This document shows positions 32,693 to 33,880 of a stretch of 33,880 nucleotides of DNA, piece by piece. The translations under genes were made by a program, and so were the position numbers. The stretch is from assembly GCA_902797125.1 (NCBI GenBank), contig CADBRS010000177.1:1-33880 (forward strand), written 5' to 3'. How positions within the stretch are numbered: the stretch's first letter is position 1; each line of letters begins with the position of its first letter. Source of the DNA: an uncultured Ruminococcus sp. (lineage in GTDB: Bacteria; Bacillota; Clostridia; Oscillospirales; CAG-272). The notes below the pieces were generated by a model. It had not been told where the DNA came from. It ran no database searches and was given only the letters and a program-made list of their open reading frames with translations.

Positions 32693-33880
32693 ATGAAACG
32701 ACTGTTCAGATCCATCCAATCGTTTTTGAAGCAGGGCATGAAAACCGTGCTTCACAGCAAAACTGAATACCTCTGTTTCTTTCTGGCGCTGATCGCGATC
32801 CAGTCTGTTTTGTGGTCTGCTCTGATCGCATCCCATGTCAGAAGAGTCAACGCCTATCAGACGATTTCTACGAACTACGACTACCATATCGAGGTCAGAA
32901 ATCTGAATGAATATGCCTATGCCACGCTCTACAACAGTCTGGGGCAAGCAGAAACGCTGGAAGATCATGACCTCGATTCATATCGGTTTGAAAGAGCTTC
33001 TGACGGCACTTACACGGCATGGATAAAGGTCGCGCAACCCCTCAAACGCTGTGCTGCGAATATTGAATTCAACTATTTGAGAAAGCTCCCCGGAGCGACA
33101 GTGACCTATTCGCCGTTGTACGATTTCAATGCCAAATATAAAGCGGGGATCATATGGGAATCCGTTGCGCTCTGCTTTGTCACGACAGTATTTTCCGTTC
33201 TGATCCTCATGTGGCTTTACACCATCCGGCTGAAGCATTTTTCCTTCATGTACGGCGTCTATATGACTTGCGGCGCAGATTTCAAAAGGCTTTACGGGAC
33301 TGCTTCCAGCGAATTGGCCGCGGTCGGCATCCTTTCATTTATCCCGGGAGCCCTCATCGGGATCGGCATCTCCGCGATTCTGTATGCACAACTAAACGTG
33401 CCCTTCTCATTTTCATTCTGGGGACTTTTGATTGTACCGGCTTTGCTAGCTTTGATCATCACAGGAGCCACTTATTTCCCTATCCGCTCGCTCATTAAGA
33501 AAACACCTCTGGAATTGATTCGGACTGCAGACAATTCTTTTTTTGCCAGTTCCCCCAGAAATTCCAAAAACATTCTGTTCAAAAAATTTCCTTCTGCCTA
33601 CGAGCGGATCTCCTTCGTCCGATTCAGGAAGTATTATGCGCTGCTGATCTCAGGAGCAGTTCTCTTCACCTCTGCTTTTCTTTGCGCTCTGTTTATTGCC
33701 CGGATGCAGAACACTCGGGCTGAATCTGCCCGGTCCGAATTCACTTTAACATTGAGCGAGAACATCAAAACCTCGACAACCAGAATGAAGGAGTCAACTG
33801 CCCAGGGATACATTGACGCGATCGATGAACTGATTACCGATCTTTCGGCCTTACAAAACGTGGACCGTGTAGGTTTTAAA
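32693..33880 (+). CDS. FtsX-like ABC transporter permease; only the N-terminal 396 codons are present and the ORF continues beyond the window
   Basis: Absent from the ORF track (no stop in the window). It is open in frame from ATG 32693, with an AGGAAAG SD: MKRLFRSIQSFLKQGMKTVLHSKTEYLCFFLALIAIQSVLW (TM helix). An extracytoplasmic segment follows, then the FtsX-type block FSFMYGVYMTCGADFKRLYG plus three TM helices, then a second large loop. Confidence 0.7.
   Translation, partial: MKRLFRSIQSFLKQGMKTVLHSKTEYLCFFLALIAIQSVLWSALIASHVRRVNAYQTISTNYDYHIEVRNLNEYAYATLYNSLGQAETLEDHDLDSYRFERASDGTYTAWIKVAQPLKRCAANIEFNYLRKLPGATVTYSPLYDFNAKYKAGIIWESVALCFVTTVFSVLILMWLYTIRLKHFSFMYGVYMTCGADFKRLYGTASSELAAVGILSFIPGALIGIGISAILYAQLNVPFSFSFWGLLIVPALLALIITGATYFPIRSLIKKTPLELIRTADNSFFASSPRNSKNILFKKFPSAYERISFVRFRKYYALLISGAVLFTSAFLCALFIARMQNTRAESARSEFTLTLSENIKTSTTRMKESTAQGYIDAIDELITDLSALQNVDRVGFK

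Noticed and set aside
32642-33498. ORF-track entries 32642..32968 (-), 32978..33238 (-) and 33154..33498 (+).
   Set aside because: All overlap the much longer open frame starting at ATG 32693 (+). That frame has an SD and TM helices, contains an FtsX-like block, and stays open to the window edge. The three listed ORFs have no motifs and no SD.
1-33880. Scan by eye on both strands for tRNA/rRNA genes, CRISPR arrays, transposase or integrase genes, terminal inverted repeats and toxin-antitoxin-sized gene pairs.
   Set aside because: I found no regularly spaced direct repeats, no tRNA-like T-arm or acceptor pattern in the intergenic regions, and no ORF with recombinase or transposase motifs. Every intergenic gap longer than 100 nt is accounted for above as a leader, spacer, promoter or terminator region.

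Overview
This window looks like a low-GC Gram-positive (Bacillota, Clostridia-like) chromosome segment, judged from gene order, GGAGG-type ribosome-binding sites and the presence of spoVG. All family assignments come from motif recognition in the translations, because no searches could be run. Positions 1288-17187 (minus strand) hold a complete, canonical S10-spc-alpha ribosomal protein superoperon: rpsJ-rplC-rplD-rplW-rplB-rpsS-rplV-rpsC-rplP-rpmC-rpsQ-rplN-rplX-rplE-rpsN(Z)-rpsH-rplF-rplR-rpsE-rpmD-rplO-secY-adk-map-infA-rpmJ-rpsM-rpsK-rpsD-rpoA-rplQ. It is driven by a near-consensus extended -10 promoter at 17472-17500, followed by an unusually long (about 280 nt) structured leader. Several of its proteins carry lineage-specific insertions or tails (RpoA, S3, L24, L3, L4, L6). 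Downstream of it lie an MBL-fold hydrolase gene and a translationally coupled, truncated glnS (1-1114). Upstream of rpsJ the usual str/tuf context is replaced by an 835-aa lipoprotein with a glycoside-hydrolase-like (alpha/alpha)6 C-terminal half. An overlapping gene pair follows on the plus strand, encoding an 8-TM membrane protein and a small HTH protein. Next comes a long minus-strand gene string: murC, an overlapping GH78 alpha-L-rhamnosidase-like gene, a 994-aa double HgdC/BcrAD-type activase fusion, a 449-aa Cys-rich partner, and hisS. The window ends with spoVG, a YfcE-like metallophosphoesterase and a truncated FtsX-like permease. The most interesting candidate for an uncharacterised system is the double-activase / Cys-rich partner pair (23369-27707), which has no recognisable substrate-side component in the window. 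The second candidate is the 8-TM / HTH pair. I found no rRNA, tRNA, CRISPR array, transposase or integrase.
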